The notes beneath the pieces were generated by a model. The model was not told the DNA's origin. It was given only the letters and a program-made list of their open reading frames with translations, and made no database searches. 64,000 nucleotides of DNA, from positions 1-64,000 of IMG/VR virus record IMGVR_UViG_2667527945_000002; one strand, 5' to 3'. The position numbers were made by a program, and so were the translations under genes. This DNA is from a virus. Lineage: Duplodnaviria > Caudoviricetes. Below are positions 9,756-19,622 of the stretch, piece by piece (within the stretch, counting starts at the first letter, position 1; every line of letters begins with the position of its first letter).

Positions 9756-9961
9756 TGAGTGACTTTGTAAAAACAACAGATGTTATCGGTGGGAAGCGTG
9801 CTCAATTTGATATAGATAATGATTATCGCCGTTACTTAAAAGAAACAGACTGGTATGTAATCCGTGAGCAGGAAACGGGTGAAGCGATTCCTGACGACAT
9901 CAAACAAAATCGAGCCAAAGCAAGAGCGGAAGTGCAATCTCCGTTCGCAGTAAATCTGTAA
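9755..9961 (+). CDS. tail fibre assembly chaperone
   Basis: YLKETDWYVIR.ETG..IP.DI..R..AR motif. Confidence 0.75.
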   Translation: MSDFVKTTDVIGGKRAQFDIDNDYRRYLKETDWYVIREQETGEAIPDDIKQNRAKARAEVQSPFAVNL

Positions 9962-9991
9962 CACATTTTCGTGTTGGCGATCTCAATATAG

Positions 9992-10023
9992 AAAAGGGGT
10001 AGCGTTTCGCTATCCCTTTTTTT
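9992..10023 (+). terminator. rho-independent terminator
   Basis: AAAAGGGGTAGCG-TTT-CGCTATCCCTTTTTTT. Confidence 0.85.
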
Positions 10024-10037
10024 GTTGGGTAGTAACC

Positions 10038-10769
10038 ATGACCGAGATTACTGAAAAGAACGACATTACCGATTTTTACCCCGTCGATGTGGCCTTTGGT
10101 GGTCATATTGTTGATGCATTGGCTGAGCTAGACTCTGAAAGCTGCCCGCATCATGTAAAAGCTTTCCTGCAGCGCGATTCTAAGCAGCAAGTGTTTCGTG
10201 GTGACTATGACTCACCCAAAGCCTTTATTCAGGCAATACGCCAGTTTCAAAAGCAAACGGGCAATGATGGCGAACGTAAGTTCAATGCTGCTCGTTTGCC
10301 GCTAATCAACTACTACCGTCCGATCGGTTTCCGTAGTGCGTCCGCTGAATACGCTCAGTTTGTAGAGAGCGTGACTGGTTGGGATGACGCACTACTCAAG
10401 AAAACCAATATCAGTATCAGCTACCTTGAGCTGACTTATCGCATTGTGTTTATGGCAAATGATAAGGCGTCAGTCGAGCGTCTAGTGCTGGCTTGGCACA
10501 TGCATATTGCTCGTCGCCGTGCTGGTGGCCATCGTTTCAACGTCACTTACTCACTGTTTGGTGAGGACATCGACTTACCGATCACCATAGAAGACTCTCA
10601 GACCATTGAAGCCAACAACTTGAGCCATAACTACGCTGATGGTCGTCTTTATGCCGTGGACGTCGAGCACAAGGTCAATGCGCCTATCTTATATGGCAAA
10701 GGAGTAGGGCATATTAGTCCTATTCGCTGGATGGTGGAGTTCAGGCCGCTTGAAGAGGTGTTCTCGTGA
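10038..10769 (+). CDS. P1 gp24-like tail completion protein
   Basis: LPLINYYR motif; synteny. Confidence 0.6.
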   Translation: MTEITEKNDITDFYPVDVAFGGHIVDALAELDSESCPHHVKAFLQRDSKQQVFRGDYDSPKAFIQAIRQFQKQTGNDGERKFNAARLPLINYYRPIGFRSASAEYAQFVESVTGWDDALLKKTNISISYLELTYRIVFMANDKASVERLVLAWHMHIARRRAGGHRFNVTYSLFGEDIDLPITIEDSQTIEANNLSHNYADGRLYAVDVEHKVNAPILYGKGVGHISPIRWMVEFRPLEEVFS

Positions 10770-11764
10770 GTCGCCATGAACACCAGTTAGTTCAATCCAT
10801 TATCTACCACTATGAGGATAAGCGCGAAGAGTTGGACCTGTCGTTTCTAAAAGAGGCAACGTTCGTAGAAACCACCATGCTTGACGGTCCTAAGCTCATC
10901 ATTGAGTACGACGACAAAGAGAAATTCTTGCGTGATGATTTAGAGATAAAGGAAAGATCCGTTTTTACCGTAGTTTTGTCGGATCCTGTTAATCAGGACG
11001 CACTCAACTGGGAAACACAATGGGTAGTCATGACCATGCCAGCCAGTGAAGGTGGGGTTATTACCTTTAATCTGCTTTTAAAAGCCCTTCATGACCTAAA
11101 AAAGCCAGCCCCCAGTGCGCGTTGCTTCGTGAAAGAGCCTGTTAGTAAGGTGTTGCGACAGTTAGCGCCAGATCTTCCGCTCGATGTCGGTACGTTCCCT
11201 ATCCGGTTGGATTTTCACTTGCTGCCAGCTCAGCGCCCCTCTCGTCTTATTCGTCAGATGGCGAAAGAGTTAGGTGCATTAGTGTTCATTCGTCGTGGTA
11301 CGTTGGTGTTTCGTACATTGAAAGAGCTGCAGCAACGAGCACCTACCTACATCTACCATTACAACGACACTCGACAGCAGCACCAAATAGCCCAGTACAC
11401 ATTACCAAACGACAGCTCATTAATTGAAGACCTGACTCAACGGCGCTTTGTTGGCTGGGACGACAAGAAAGGCATGGTTTATTCCGGCAATTACTCAGCG
11501 GCGCCTATTGAACATTCAGGCGTTACCAATAAGTTTGTTCTGGATAACCTAAGCAAAATCCCCATTCCCGTTTTGGATACGTACATGTTTGGTAATGGCG
11601 GGTTAAGGGCAGGGGATGTGATTGAAATGATCTGGAACCGTTCAGATCTCGAAAGACCCATTGATGAAAGCCTGCCAACGCTTGTTGTTATTGGGTTAGT
11701 GGCACATAGCTACAAAAATAAGAAATATTACAACCGTATCAAAGGGATACTGGACAAACACTAA
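10766..11764 (+). CDS. P1 gp6-like baseplate hub protein
   Basis: E..LDGPKL..D, PSRLIRQMAKE.G..F..RG; precedes the spike gene. Confidence 0.7.
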   Translation: MSRHEHQLVQSIIYHYEDKREELDLSFLKEATFVETTMLDGPKLIIEYDDKEKFLRDDLEIKERSVFTVVLSDPVNQDALNWETQWVVMTMPASEGGVITFNLLLKALHDLKKPAPSARCFVKEPVSKVLRQLAPDLPLDVGTFPIRLDFHLLPAQRPSRLIRQMAKELGALVFIRRGTLVFRTLKELQQRAPTYIYHYNDTRQQHQIAQYTLPNDSSLIEDLTQRRFVGWDDKKGMVYSGNYSAAPIEHSGVTNKFVLDNLSKIPIPVLDTYMFGNGGLRAGDVIEMIWNRSDLERPIDESLPTLVVIGLVAHSYKNKKYYNRIKGILDKH

Positions 11765-11786
11765 TTAGGTATTTAAAGGGTATTCA

Positions 11787-12581
11787 ATGGATAATCCAGC
11801 CGATCTCCTGCTCCAACGACCAGAGCTAGAAGCCGTGGTAGTGAGCGTGCAGGATCCAGATAAACAAATGCGTGTACAGGTGCGCGTATTTGGTGTGTTT
11901 GATGATGTGCCAGACAACAAACTGCCATGGGCAACTTATAAACTCCCAGTAGGTGCCAGAGTAGGGCAAGGTGATTTTACGCCCGTTCAAGCGGGGGATT
12001 TAGTCTGGATTGATTTTCCGTATTACACCCATGGACGCAAAGACACTCGTCGCCCACGGATCACCGGTTCAGTACATCACAGCCCAGAGGGTATCCCAAA
12101 CCTGCCTCCTGAAGCTTTTGAAGGTGAAGGACGTTACCAGCACAAACGCAGCCATAAAGAACCAGCACCAGAGCCGCAGGGCTATCACGAAAGCAAAGTG
12201 TATATCTTGCATGGGATGATGTTTGAAGTTGAGAAAGACAGTGTATATCGCGTTACGCACATGCCGACTGGCTCAGCGTTTGAGTTTGATGCGCGTGGTA
12301 ACTCTATTTTGCACGTAGAAGGCGATAGCCATCACTCAGCGACGGGTGATATGGAAAATCACGCTGACGGTAACATCAACAATGAAGCTGGCGGGAACCT
12401 GACCGAAAAAGTCAGTGGTTTCTGGAAGATTAAGGTTGATGGTGCCGCTCAGGTGGATGCCAAAACAATTAGCCTTAATCAAGGCAAGGGAGATCAAAAA
12501 ATATTTAGAGCTTGTGACTTGTGCCTTCTGACAGGTACAGCTCATGGGCAGGGTTCAAACACTACATTTGCAGGAGATTAA
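11787..12581 (+). CDS. baseplate central spike (OB-fold, gp5/gpV/UpfB-like)
   Basis: VVSVQDPDKQMRVQVRVFG..LPWA..P..GD.VW..F; beta-helix-like repeats; C-terminal CLLTGTAH metal-binding tip. Confidence 0.85.
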   Translation: MDNPADLLLQRPELEAVVVSVQDPDKQMRVQVRVFGVFDDVPDNKLPWATYKLPVGARVGQGDFTPVQAGDLVWIDFPYYTHGRKDTRRPRITGSVHHSPEGIPNLPPEAFEGEGRYQHKRSHKEPAPEPQGYHESKVYILHGMMFEVEKDSVYRVTHMPTGSAFEFDARGNSILHVEGDSHHSATGDMENHADGNINNEAGGNLTEKVSGFWKIKVDGAAQVDAKTISLNQGKGDQKIFRACDLCLLTGTAHGQGSNTTFAGD

Positions 12582-12582
12582 G

Positions 12583-12792
12583 ATGCCACTTGAAGGTAAA
12601 GAGTCGACGATGGCAAAAAACATCATGGATTTCATGGAAGAGGCAGGGTTAGATCCAAGAGCCTCAGCCGCACTGGGTGAAAAAGTATGGACCGCCATAA
12701 GTAAAGGGATCATTAAAACCATCAATGATGAGGGACTGGTCGAGGTGAAAGGCGGTGGTTCATACGGCGGGGAAATGGCGAAAATCAAATAA
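12583..12792 (+). CDS. small spike-associated protein (UpfC-like)
   Basis: AGGAG RBS before the ATG at 12583; follows the spike gene. Confidence 0.6.
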   Translation: MPLEGKESTMAKNIMDFMEEAGLDPRASAALGEKVWTAISKGIIKTINDEGLVEVKGGGSYGGEMAKIK

Positions 12793-12833
12793 AGGTCATT
12801 GCTTAAAACTAGCTATATTCTCGATATGTCAAC

Positions 12834-12864
12834 AAGGGTGTAATTCTATGAATTGCACCCTTTT
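12834..12864 (+). terminator. hairpin / terminator
   Basis: AAGGGTGTAATTC..GAATTGCACCCTTTT. Confidence 0.55.
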
Positions 12865-12948
12865 GTTTTGTGGTTTCCCTACTTGCTAAAAATCGGTTGT
12901 GTAAATTAGAACTCCCGTTTGTCTGCCGTCTCGAAACTAAAATTTTTG

Positions 12949-12982
12949 TGTTGATGCTGGGTATTGGCGCTCTTGTTAGCCT
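12949..12982 (+). promoter_or_regulatory. putative late promoter
   Basis: TGTTGATGC-N19-TAGCCT upstream of the capsid gene. Confidence 0.7.
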
Positions 12983-13046
12983 CATCGCTGAAAAACCATG
13001 TTTGAAGCACCAAAGCCGGTGCGCAAGTCCAAATAAGGAAGAGACA

Positions 13047-14648
13047 ATGGGAACTCCTAGCACAGAACAGGCGTACCGCGAACAGGTCGCTACAATCAAT
13101 AACAACGCTTCACAGCTTGCGCAGCATATTATCGATCCGCAGATGGATAATGGTGAGATCATCACCGACAGTGCTGTTCGCAATGAAGCCATCGTTCAAA
13201 GCCTCGAAGGTTCTATCTTTGATAATGCTGGCGAAATGTCACGTATGGTTGCTGGCTCAGCGGCCAATGCCGTTCGTCACTATCATTCAATGCACGGTGA
13301 AATGCCGTCTGCAGAGCTGATGTCGTCCATGCATAACAGTATTTCAAATATGCTGGACCCAAATACAGACAACCCTAAACTAAGAGCGATTCTCGATAGT
13401 GCCGGCGACGGTGCAATGAGTTCGTCTGAAGGGATCATTCAACGTAACCGCATGGTTGCCTTGGTTGTTCCAGTTCAGCTCATGATGGTCACTAACGACA
13501 TGGTGACGCACATTCCTGCTAACTATAACAAGTCAGAAATCTTCCGTATTAACCGTGTTGCGGGTTCTACGTTTGGCGACTTGAACGAAGGTGATGTGAT
13601 TGACGTTGATTTCAACGGCCAATACTCAACGATGGACCAACGTCACGAGATTGGTAGCGGTGATGGTACCAAAGTGGACTTCAGCTTCGATATTGCCAAC
13701 AAGTCTAAAGCTATGCCTTTTGTTAAAGGTAAGGTTCGTATTCTTGTCGATCGTATGCCGGTTGGTGGTGATGATGGCAAAGGCGGTATTTTCGGCAAAT
13801 TCATTGACGCAGACGGTGACACGGTAACATTCACAGGTACTGTGAATTATCAAATCGGTCAACTTGCTTTGAGATTCTCGAAAGCTCCTAAGACTGGTAT
13901 CGAAATCCACACCATTGCAGATATCTCTATTGAGAAAGACCCATCGCTTATCCCGACCGTTGAGCACGAAATGGTGAGCTATGAGCTTTTCCCGCACGAA
14001 TCTGCGTTGGTTAGCTCTAACTCTATCCAATCTCAGTTCACTGGTAAGCGTGAATACAATATTGATATTGCAGGTATGCAGCTGGCAACTGCACGTAACC
14101 TGATGGCAGCGGACAAAGACCGTAAGCGCCTAAACGATATCTACTTCTACGCCAAAGGCGAGAAGCCCTTCGACCTTACAATTCCTTCTGGTCTGTCTTA
14201 CCGCCAACATTACGAAATGATCCAAACGGTTCTGTTGGCAATTTCAACAGAGCTAATGAACCGCACTAAACGTAGCGGTCTGGTTGGTCTGGTTGCTGGT
14301 CGTGAAGCGTCGCGTGTGCTCAAGTCTCTTGGTGCGCCACATTTGGTGTATGCGCCTAACTACCGCCAGCTACCACAGCCTCATTATGTGGGTACCGTCT
14401 TTGGCTACAAGTTCAAAGAAGACCCTCATATGCCTGACCCTTGGAAAATCCTGTGTTACGCCAAAGGCCGTGAGCACGGTGATGCGGGTTATGTGGCGGG
14501 TGATGCGATTTCTGCTATCAACTACGCGCACAGCATTGGTCGCAATTTGAAGCACGAAAACACGCTCTACGAGCTGGCTTATCGAGATCTTCACCCTCAC
14601 AACGGTCGTGACTGGTTCATGTGGTTGAAAGTTATCCCTAAAGCTTAA
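13047..14648 (+). CDS. major capsid protein (P1 gp23-like)
   Basis: AAGGAAG RBS before the ATG at 13047; RVAGSTFGD, DISIEKDPSLIP, YRQLPQPHYVG, AGYVAGDA motifs; precedes the sheath gene. Confidence 0.85.
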   Translation: MGTPSTEQAYREQVATINNNASQLAQHIIDPQMDNGEIITDSAVRNEAIVQSLEGSIFDNAGEMSRMVAGSAANAVRHYHSMHGEMPSAELMSSMHNSISNMLDPNTDNPKLRAILDSAGDGAMSSSEGIIQRNRMVALVVPVQLMMVTNDMVTHIPANYNKSEIFRINRVAGSTFGDLNEGDVIDVDFNGQYSTMDQRHEIGSGDGTKVDFSFDIANKSKAMPFVKGKVRILVDRMPVGGDDGKGGIFGKFIDADGDTVTFTGTVNYQIGQLALRFSKAPKTGIEIHTIADISIEKDPSLIPTVEHEMVSYELFPHESALVSSNSIQSQFTGKREYNIDIAGMQLATARNLMAADKDRKRLNDIYFYAKGEKPFDLTIPSGLSYRQHYEMIQTVLLAISTELMNRTKRSGLVGLVAGREASRVLKSLGAPHLVYAPNYRQLPQPHYVGTVFGYKFKEDPHMPDPWKILCYAKGREHGDAGYVAGDAISAINYAHSIGRNLKHENTLYELAYRDLHPHNGRDWFMWLKVIPKA

Positions 14649-14710
14649 TGTCTCCACTGGGCGCTGCATGATAGCGGCGCCTACTTCTTTTAACTAAGCA
14701 GGAATTTTTT

Positions 14711-15304
14711 ATGGCAACCACAAAGAAAGCCACAACTCGCAAGCCCGCAGCAAGCGCTAAAGAAAATGCTGGCGACAAGTCAACAACCGAAAGTACTGAT
14801 ACGGGTACGGAAAGTTCAGGGGGTGTTGTGGCGGGTGATTCATCATCCACTGAAGGCGCCAACGCTGGTAGCAATGGTTCAAGCGACGCATCGAGTGCTG
14901 ATTCTGGTACCACTGAAGGTGATGCTGATACCGGCGGTGATGTCGCTGGTTCTGGTTCAGTCGATGGTGATACTGGTACGGGTGATTCATCGGGCGCGGA
15001 CGGCACTGACTCTGGTACCGCTGACGGTAATTCTACTGGCGAAGTAACAGGGAACGAAGGCGACACAAGCAAAGGAACTGAAGAAGGTGACACCTCTTTG
15101 CTGGAGACAAATGAAGCTTTCGAAGTGCTACTGACCAACAACAGCGTCTCTGGTCACGAAATCTTGCGTGCAGACGGTAGCGTTTTAGCTATCGACGGTC
15201 ATTGCAAAGCACTACCAATCACGACAGATAAAGAAGAGCTGGTCGCTATTCAAACCGCTCTTGCTGATAAGCCGTGGGTAGAAATCAAACTTAAAGCGGA
15301 GTAA
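14711..15304 (+). CDS. G/S/T/D low-complexity virion-associated protein
   Basis: Basic N-terminus, long disordered linker, small C-terminal domain. Confidence 0.7.
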   Translation: MATTKKATTRKPAASAKENAGDKSTTESTDTGTESSGGVVAGDSSSTEGANAGSNGSSDASSADSGTTEGDADTGGDVAGSGSVDGDTGTGDSSGADGTDSGTADGNSTGEVTGNEGDTSKGTEEGDTSLLETNEAFEVLLTNNSVSGHEILRADGSVLAIDGHCKALPITTDKEELVAIQTALADKPWVEIKLKAE

Positions 15305-15310
15305 TTCAGC

Positions 15311-16864
15311 ATGTCTGGAATGATCAGCAAATCTATTACCCAAGCGGCAGGAATTGCCGTTTTACCGCCGATTGACAATAACTACACCACGGGTGGCGGT
15401 GATTTCGCGGTTGGTGCGTGTGTGGTTATTGCCCCAAAAGGTCCAGTTGGCAAAATTATCACTGCAACTGCAAATGATAGGGAAGACCTACTAGGTCGTC
15501 CACTGCCAATGAATCAAGGCACAAAAGCGGAAGGCTTACGTCACCTGAAAGATGCACTAGATGACCTACAGTACTGTCACGTTGTCCGTGTTGTTGCAGA
15601 TGATGCGAAATACCCATCTATCGCACTGCCTATTGCTGCAGATGGCGCTACCGCTAAATCATCACATAGCTATGGCACATCATTAAGCTTGGCAAGTGGT
15701 CATTGGTTGGCGGTTTATCCTATCGACGGAGACCCATCAATCAAACGTCGTATGGTGATCAGCGAGATTAATGCTGATGCTAAACGCTTTACGTTGTCGT
15801 TTGAAGAGCAGATCAGTGGTGAATGGCTGGCAATGCAAGGTGAAAGCTATGTTGTGGGTGTTGATGTCGATGATATTGACGACTCAGGGCTAACAGCTTA
15901 CCTACCAAATGTATTGGAAGAGCGCTCTGGGCGTTTCCGTGCAGAGCTAGCGACTACTGTCGACTTTGCAGTCGTTAAAGTATGTGAAGAAACATTTGAA
16001 GGCGGTACTAATGGCGGTGAGCCAACGCTAGACAACTGGAAAGCCGCTTGGGACTTGCTAAAGACCGACGATATCGACTTTAACCTGTGTTTTGCCGCTG
16101 GTAACTATGACCCTTCAGCCATTGCGCACATGATCACGATAGCAGATGGTCGTTTAGCTCAGTACCGCTTTGATGTGCCGCCATGGTTAACCGAAGAAGC
16201 CGCTGCGCAATGGCTGAAAGATGCCAACCTTGAGTCTTATCAGGCGTCGTGCTTCCACTATCCATACAAGGCAACCGACGAATGGTATGGCGGTAAGAGT
16301 GTATGGGGCTTATCTGGCGGAGCAACCGCTGCGAAAGCGAAGTGCTTTGCAACGCCAACAGGTCACGCCGCAGTCAAAGGTGCTCACTTTACCGCAGCTG
16401 GCGAAAAGCGCGGCACGATCAATCGTCGTGGTATTGAACCGCTTCACCTAACAGGCAAGCTACAGCCAACTGAACTGGTCAAAGCTCGCATTAACCCTGT
16501 GTCAAAAGGCAAGGTGATTAATGACTGTCTGAATATCTGGCACAAGAACAACTACCTTCGCTTCGAACACACAACAGCAGTTCTCAATGATCTCTGTCAC
16601 GAGTTCTTACAAGCCGCTGCAGTTGTCCAGTTTGAACCTGACGGTTTTGTGTTGGAAAACCTACAGGAACTTGCAGATAAAATCTGTAAGAAGCGCTATG
16701 AAGCGGGTGCTTTCGTTAAGCCTCGCAATCCAAATAAAGACGGTAAAAACCCATGGCGTATCACGCTAAAACAAGTTGAGCTGGACTTCTGGCACATTGA
16801 AGTTGCTTACGCTCAAACTGGTGTAGCGCGTCGTATCGCAATTCAACCTCGTCTGATGGCGTAA
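15311..16864 (+). CDS. tail sheath protein (P1 gp22-like)
   Basis: GPVGK, VVRVV, FEGGTNG, ARINPV, FEPDG, GVARRI..P motifs. Confidence 0.9.
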   Translation: MSGMISKSITQAAGIAVLPPIDNNYTTGGGDFAVGACVVIAPKGPVGKIITATANDREDLLGRPLPMNQGTKAEGLRHLKDALDDLQYCHVVRVVADDAKYPSIALPIAADGATAKSSHSYGTSLSLASGHWLAVYPIDGDPSIKRRMVISEINADAKRFTLSFEEQISGEWLAMQGESYVVGVDVDDIDDSGLTAYLPNVLEERSGRFRAELATTVDFAVVKVCEETFEGGTNGGEPTLDNWKAAWDLLKTDDIDFNLCFAAGNYDPSAIAHMITIADGRLAQYRFDVPPWLTEEAAAQWLKDANLESYQASCFHYPYKATDEWYGGKSVWGLSGGATAAKAKCFATPTGHAAVKGAHFTAAGEKRGTINRRGIEPLHLTGKLQPTELVKARINPVSKGKVINDCLNIWHKNNYLRFEHTTAVLNDLCHEFLQAAAVVQFEPDGFVLENLQELADKICKKRYEAGAFVKPRNPNKDGKNPWRITLKQVELDFWHIEVAYAQTGVARRIAIQPRLMA

Positions 16865-16874
16865 TGGAGTAAAT

Positions 16875-17543
16875 ATGTATTACGGAACAGGTTACCCATT
16901 TGGTGGTTCTGATCCTGTGTTTGATTCAGTTGGCCATGTGCCAGCTGACAAACCTCAGAACGACTATGAAATCCCTAATCAAATTCTGGATGATGCCAGC
17001 AATGATTTGGGCGAAAAGCAAATCCGCGCTAACGCCATGGCTGCAGCGCTAACATGGCTAGAAGATAACGATGCAAGTTATTCAAATTTCGAAGCCATTG
17101 TTGCCGGTCTTTCTGATTTTGATGAAGACGGTGAAATCACAGAGCCAGAAGAAGAGCTTTTCAATGAGATCTTAACGATGGCCGCTGATTCGCTGGTGGA
17201 GCTAGGCGCTAATGCTGCCAATGTTCAATCCTTTATTGATGATGAAAGCGAAGAAGCGGGTGAAAAACTGCATACCTACCTGAACAAAAAGCTATCAGAC
17301 AATGAAAAATCTGATGACGAGTTGATCACTGAGTATGCAGTAAAAGCCAAGCTCGTGCTCGATGCCACTCAGCGAGTGGTCCGTAATGGCAAAGTGAAGG
17401 TCATTAAAAAGCCCCTGAAGAAAAAACGCATGTCTTCTGCACAAAAGTCTGCACTGAAGAAAGCGCGTCGTAAGGCGAATAACTCAGGTGCGCGACGTAA
17501 ACGTGCCAAGTCCATGAAAACCCGTCGTCAGCGCAGCATGTAA
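16875..17543 (+). CDS. P1 gp21-like protein (acidic body, very basic C-terminus; prohead-core-like)
   Basis: VVRNGK..AQKSALKKARRKAN..KRAKSM. Confidence 0.7.
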   Translation: MYYGTGYPFGGSDPVFDSVGHVPADKPQNDYEIPNQILDDASNDLGEKQIRANAMAAALTWLEDNDASYSNFEAIVAGLSDFDEDGEITEPEEELFNEILTMAADSLVELGANAANVQSFIDDESEEAGEKLHTYLNKKLSDNEKSDDELITEYAVKAKLVLDATQRVVRNGKVKVIKKPLKKKRMSSAQKSALKKARRKANNSGARRKRAKSMKTRRQRSM

Positions 17544-18187
17544 TGGCGAAGGTATGGCAATCCGCGGGGGCGCGGACCGTTGGTAACAACGATCCGAAAG
17601 TCAGCCAATACCTTAAATGCTGGATAAAGCAGGGTAACACCTGCGTTGTCGGTGTCATTGGTGAAGGTACCGCGAAAGAGCTAAACGCGAACTGGAATAG
17701 TCCTTTTGAGGGTGATTCCGTTGGTTCGAAGTTCAGCAAAGCCGGTGGTGTTCTGCAGACAGGCGCTGTCACAGACTCCACCAACGGCATGACGTCAGTC
17801 ACAACCCTCTCAAGCCGTCAGGTTTGGGAGGGAAATCAACCTCATGCATTCCCTATTGTGCTCTCACTTTATGCGTTATCTGACCCTAAAGCAGAAGTAG
17901 AAGACGCAATTATGGAGTTAGAACGCATGTTTTCTCCTGAAGTAAATGCGATTTCCCCAGTCGGCAATCCTATTGGAGATAGTAACGCTGTTGGCCGTGT
18001 TCCAAGTTCGGTCATGGTCAATATCGGGCGCAATGTCGTGCTAAGTGGTTGTGTGATTGAAAGTATGTCAGCTCCTTTAGATGGTCCTCGCAGCCGTGAC
18101 GGCTACCTAATGAAAGTTGACGTTCAATTAATGATTCAGTCTGAGGCAATGCTAAATCGTTCTCAGATCCCTTCAACATACGGTTAA
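17543..18187 (+). CDS. PmgG-like tail tube initiator
   Basis: NWNSPFE, QVWEG.QP, EVEDAI..L..M.SP, NIGR; synteny. Confidence 0.65.
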   Translation: MAKVWQSAGARTVGNNDPKVSQYLKCWIKQGNTCVVGVIGEGTAKELNANWNSPFEGDSVGSKFSKAGGVLQTGAVTDSTNGMTSVTTLSSRQVWEGNQPHAFPIVLSLYALSDPKAEVEDAIMELERMFSPEVNAISPVGNPIGDSNAVGRVPSSVMVNIGRNVVLSGCVIESMSAPLDGPRSRDGYLMKVDVQLMIQSEAMLNRSQIPSTYG

Positions 18188-18200
18188 TTGGAGCTAAACA

Positions 18201-18701
18201 ATGGCTGTACCAAACGCAAAAGGGAACGTCGACTTACTGCGACAATCCCATAAGAAAAACGTCGCACTCGGTGAGCGTGCGGTTGCATCGGATTTTACCG
18301 TCATAATCCGAGAGTATCCGGAACTCTCAGCACTTATTCGAACCGCTCAGCTGCCTGAAGAAAAGCGTGGTGAGCCGGTGGAAGATCAAGGTCAATATGG
18401 TCAAGGCTTCCGTCAATATGGCGCAACAAAACGTGACGGCGACATGGCGGCTCAAATTGTTGAAATCAAACGTGGTGATGTCCTAAAGACAATTGCCAAG
18501 ATTGTGGACAACAAAGAGTACGTCAATATTGAAGTTCTTCTAGACGGTGAAGATATCGAGAAAAAGGGGTATCTACTCGAAGATGTAATGATAGCTGCAG
18601 ACCCTGCAGATCTAGACACAGAGAATCGCACCGGAACCGTGCGCATTCCTGTTACCTTCCAATACAACTGGTTTGAACGCCTCGGAGGTTATGCAGGATG
18701 A
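18201..18701 (+). CDS. tail tube protein (BplB-like)
   Basis: LIRTAQLPE..E..G..G pattern and terminal YNW; synteny. Confidence 0.7.
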   Translation: MAVPNAKGNVDLLRQSHKKNVALGERAVASDFTVIIREYPELSALIRTAQLPEEKRGEPVEDQGQYGQGFRQYGATKRDGDMAAQIVEIKRGDVLKTIAKIVDNKEYVNIEVLLDGEDIEKKGYLLEDVMIAADPADLDTENRTGTVRIPVTFQYNWFERLGGYAG

Positions 18702-19255
18702 CGCCAAACGCCCTATTAGAGCGCGTCAAAGGGCAGTTCGTAACCCTTTACCATGACGAGCCAGATAAACTCGAAGCATTGCTTATACAGGCGCTTAACG
18801 AGTATCAAGATAGGGCAGGTGTGATCCGGTCAGTTACGCTGACATTGGACCAACAAAAAGCAGGCGGTATTCCGGTACCGCCGCACTTTATGACCGTTGC
18901 AACGGCTAATGATGTTGATCAAGTTTGGCATGAGGTTTCATCTTCTGAAGACACGCTAAACATAGTGACAACGGATTACAGTGTCGCACCGTTCAAGATC
19001 CAATATATGGAAGCGATTTGTCAGTACGACTTAGACAACGATGTTCTGCCGGCTCATATCACGGGGATGCTACAAAAGTACCTCAAAGCCCTTATCGACA
19101 TTCCGAATACAGAGCGTGAACAATACTCTCGCAGCGCTGCAGGCTTACCTCTTGATGGTATGCCGCAATTGTCTGAGCTGCACGAGCGTAAGCGCCAGTT
19201 AGAAGATGAAATGGAAGAGTCAGGCAATATGCTAATGCCTTCCATGTTGCTTTAG
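18698..19255 (+). CDS. head-tail adaptor (PmgC-like)
   Basis: MTP..LLE.VK..F..L, ALNEYQDRAG, YLKALIDIPNTER. Confidence 0.7.
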   Translation: MTPNALLERVKGQFVTLYHDEPDKLEALLIQALNEYQDRAGVIRSVTLTLDQQKAGGIPVPPHFMTVATANDVDQVWHEVSSSEDTLNIVTTDYSVAPFKIQYMEAICQYDLDNDVLPAHITGMLQKYLKALIDIPNTEREQYSRSAAGLPLDGMPQLSELHERKRQLEDEMEESGNMLMPSMLL

Positions 19256-19265
19256 GAGAGCGACC

Positions 19266-19622
19266 ATGCGCCACAATGACGTTTCAATTGGTACGCCTTT
19301 ATATTTTTACCAGATCACCCCTGAAGGTCCGCTGGTGGGCGAGTGGCATACTTGCACCATAACAGGGGAGCACGGTCAGGTTTGGCTTGTTAGCCATGAA
19401 AATAAAGTCTATGCCGTTGATAAGGCGACCCTTGTTAGCGAGCGTATTGCTTTTTATGCCCAAAAAGCACCGGAGAACGAACCTAGAGGTTATTACGTAC
19501 TTTCAGAATCATTACGTCAGTACTTTATCTCTAATAGACACCGGAAGATGCCGTACCCGTTGATTCGTCAGATCTACGATATGGTTAACGGCCATGTGGC
19601 GGAGACGTCTGATGGCCGCTGA
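19266..19622 (+). CDS. hypothetical protein
   Basis: AGGAG RBS; lies inside the tail operon. Confidence 0.65.
   Translation: MRHNDVSIGTPLYFYQITPEGPLVGEWHTCTITGEHGQVWLVSHENKVYAVDKATLVSERIAFYAQKAPENEPRGYYVLSESLRQYFISNRHRKMPYPLIRQIYDMVNGHVAETSDGR

Noticed and set aside
12870-13046. N-terminal extension of the capsid ORF from GTG 12870
   Set aside because: It contains the late promoter motif, and the RBS supports ATG 13047.
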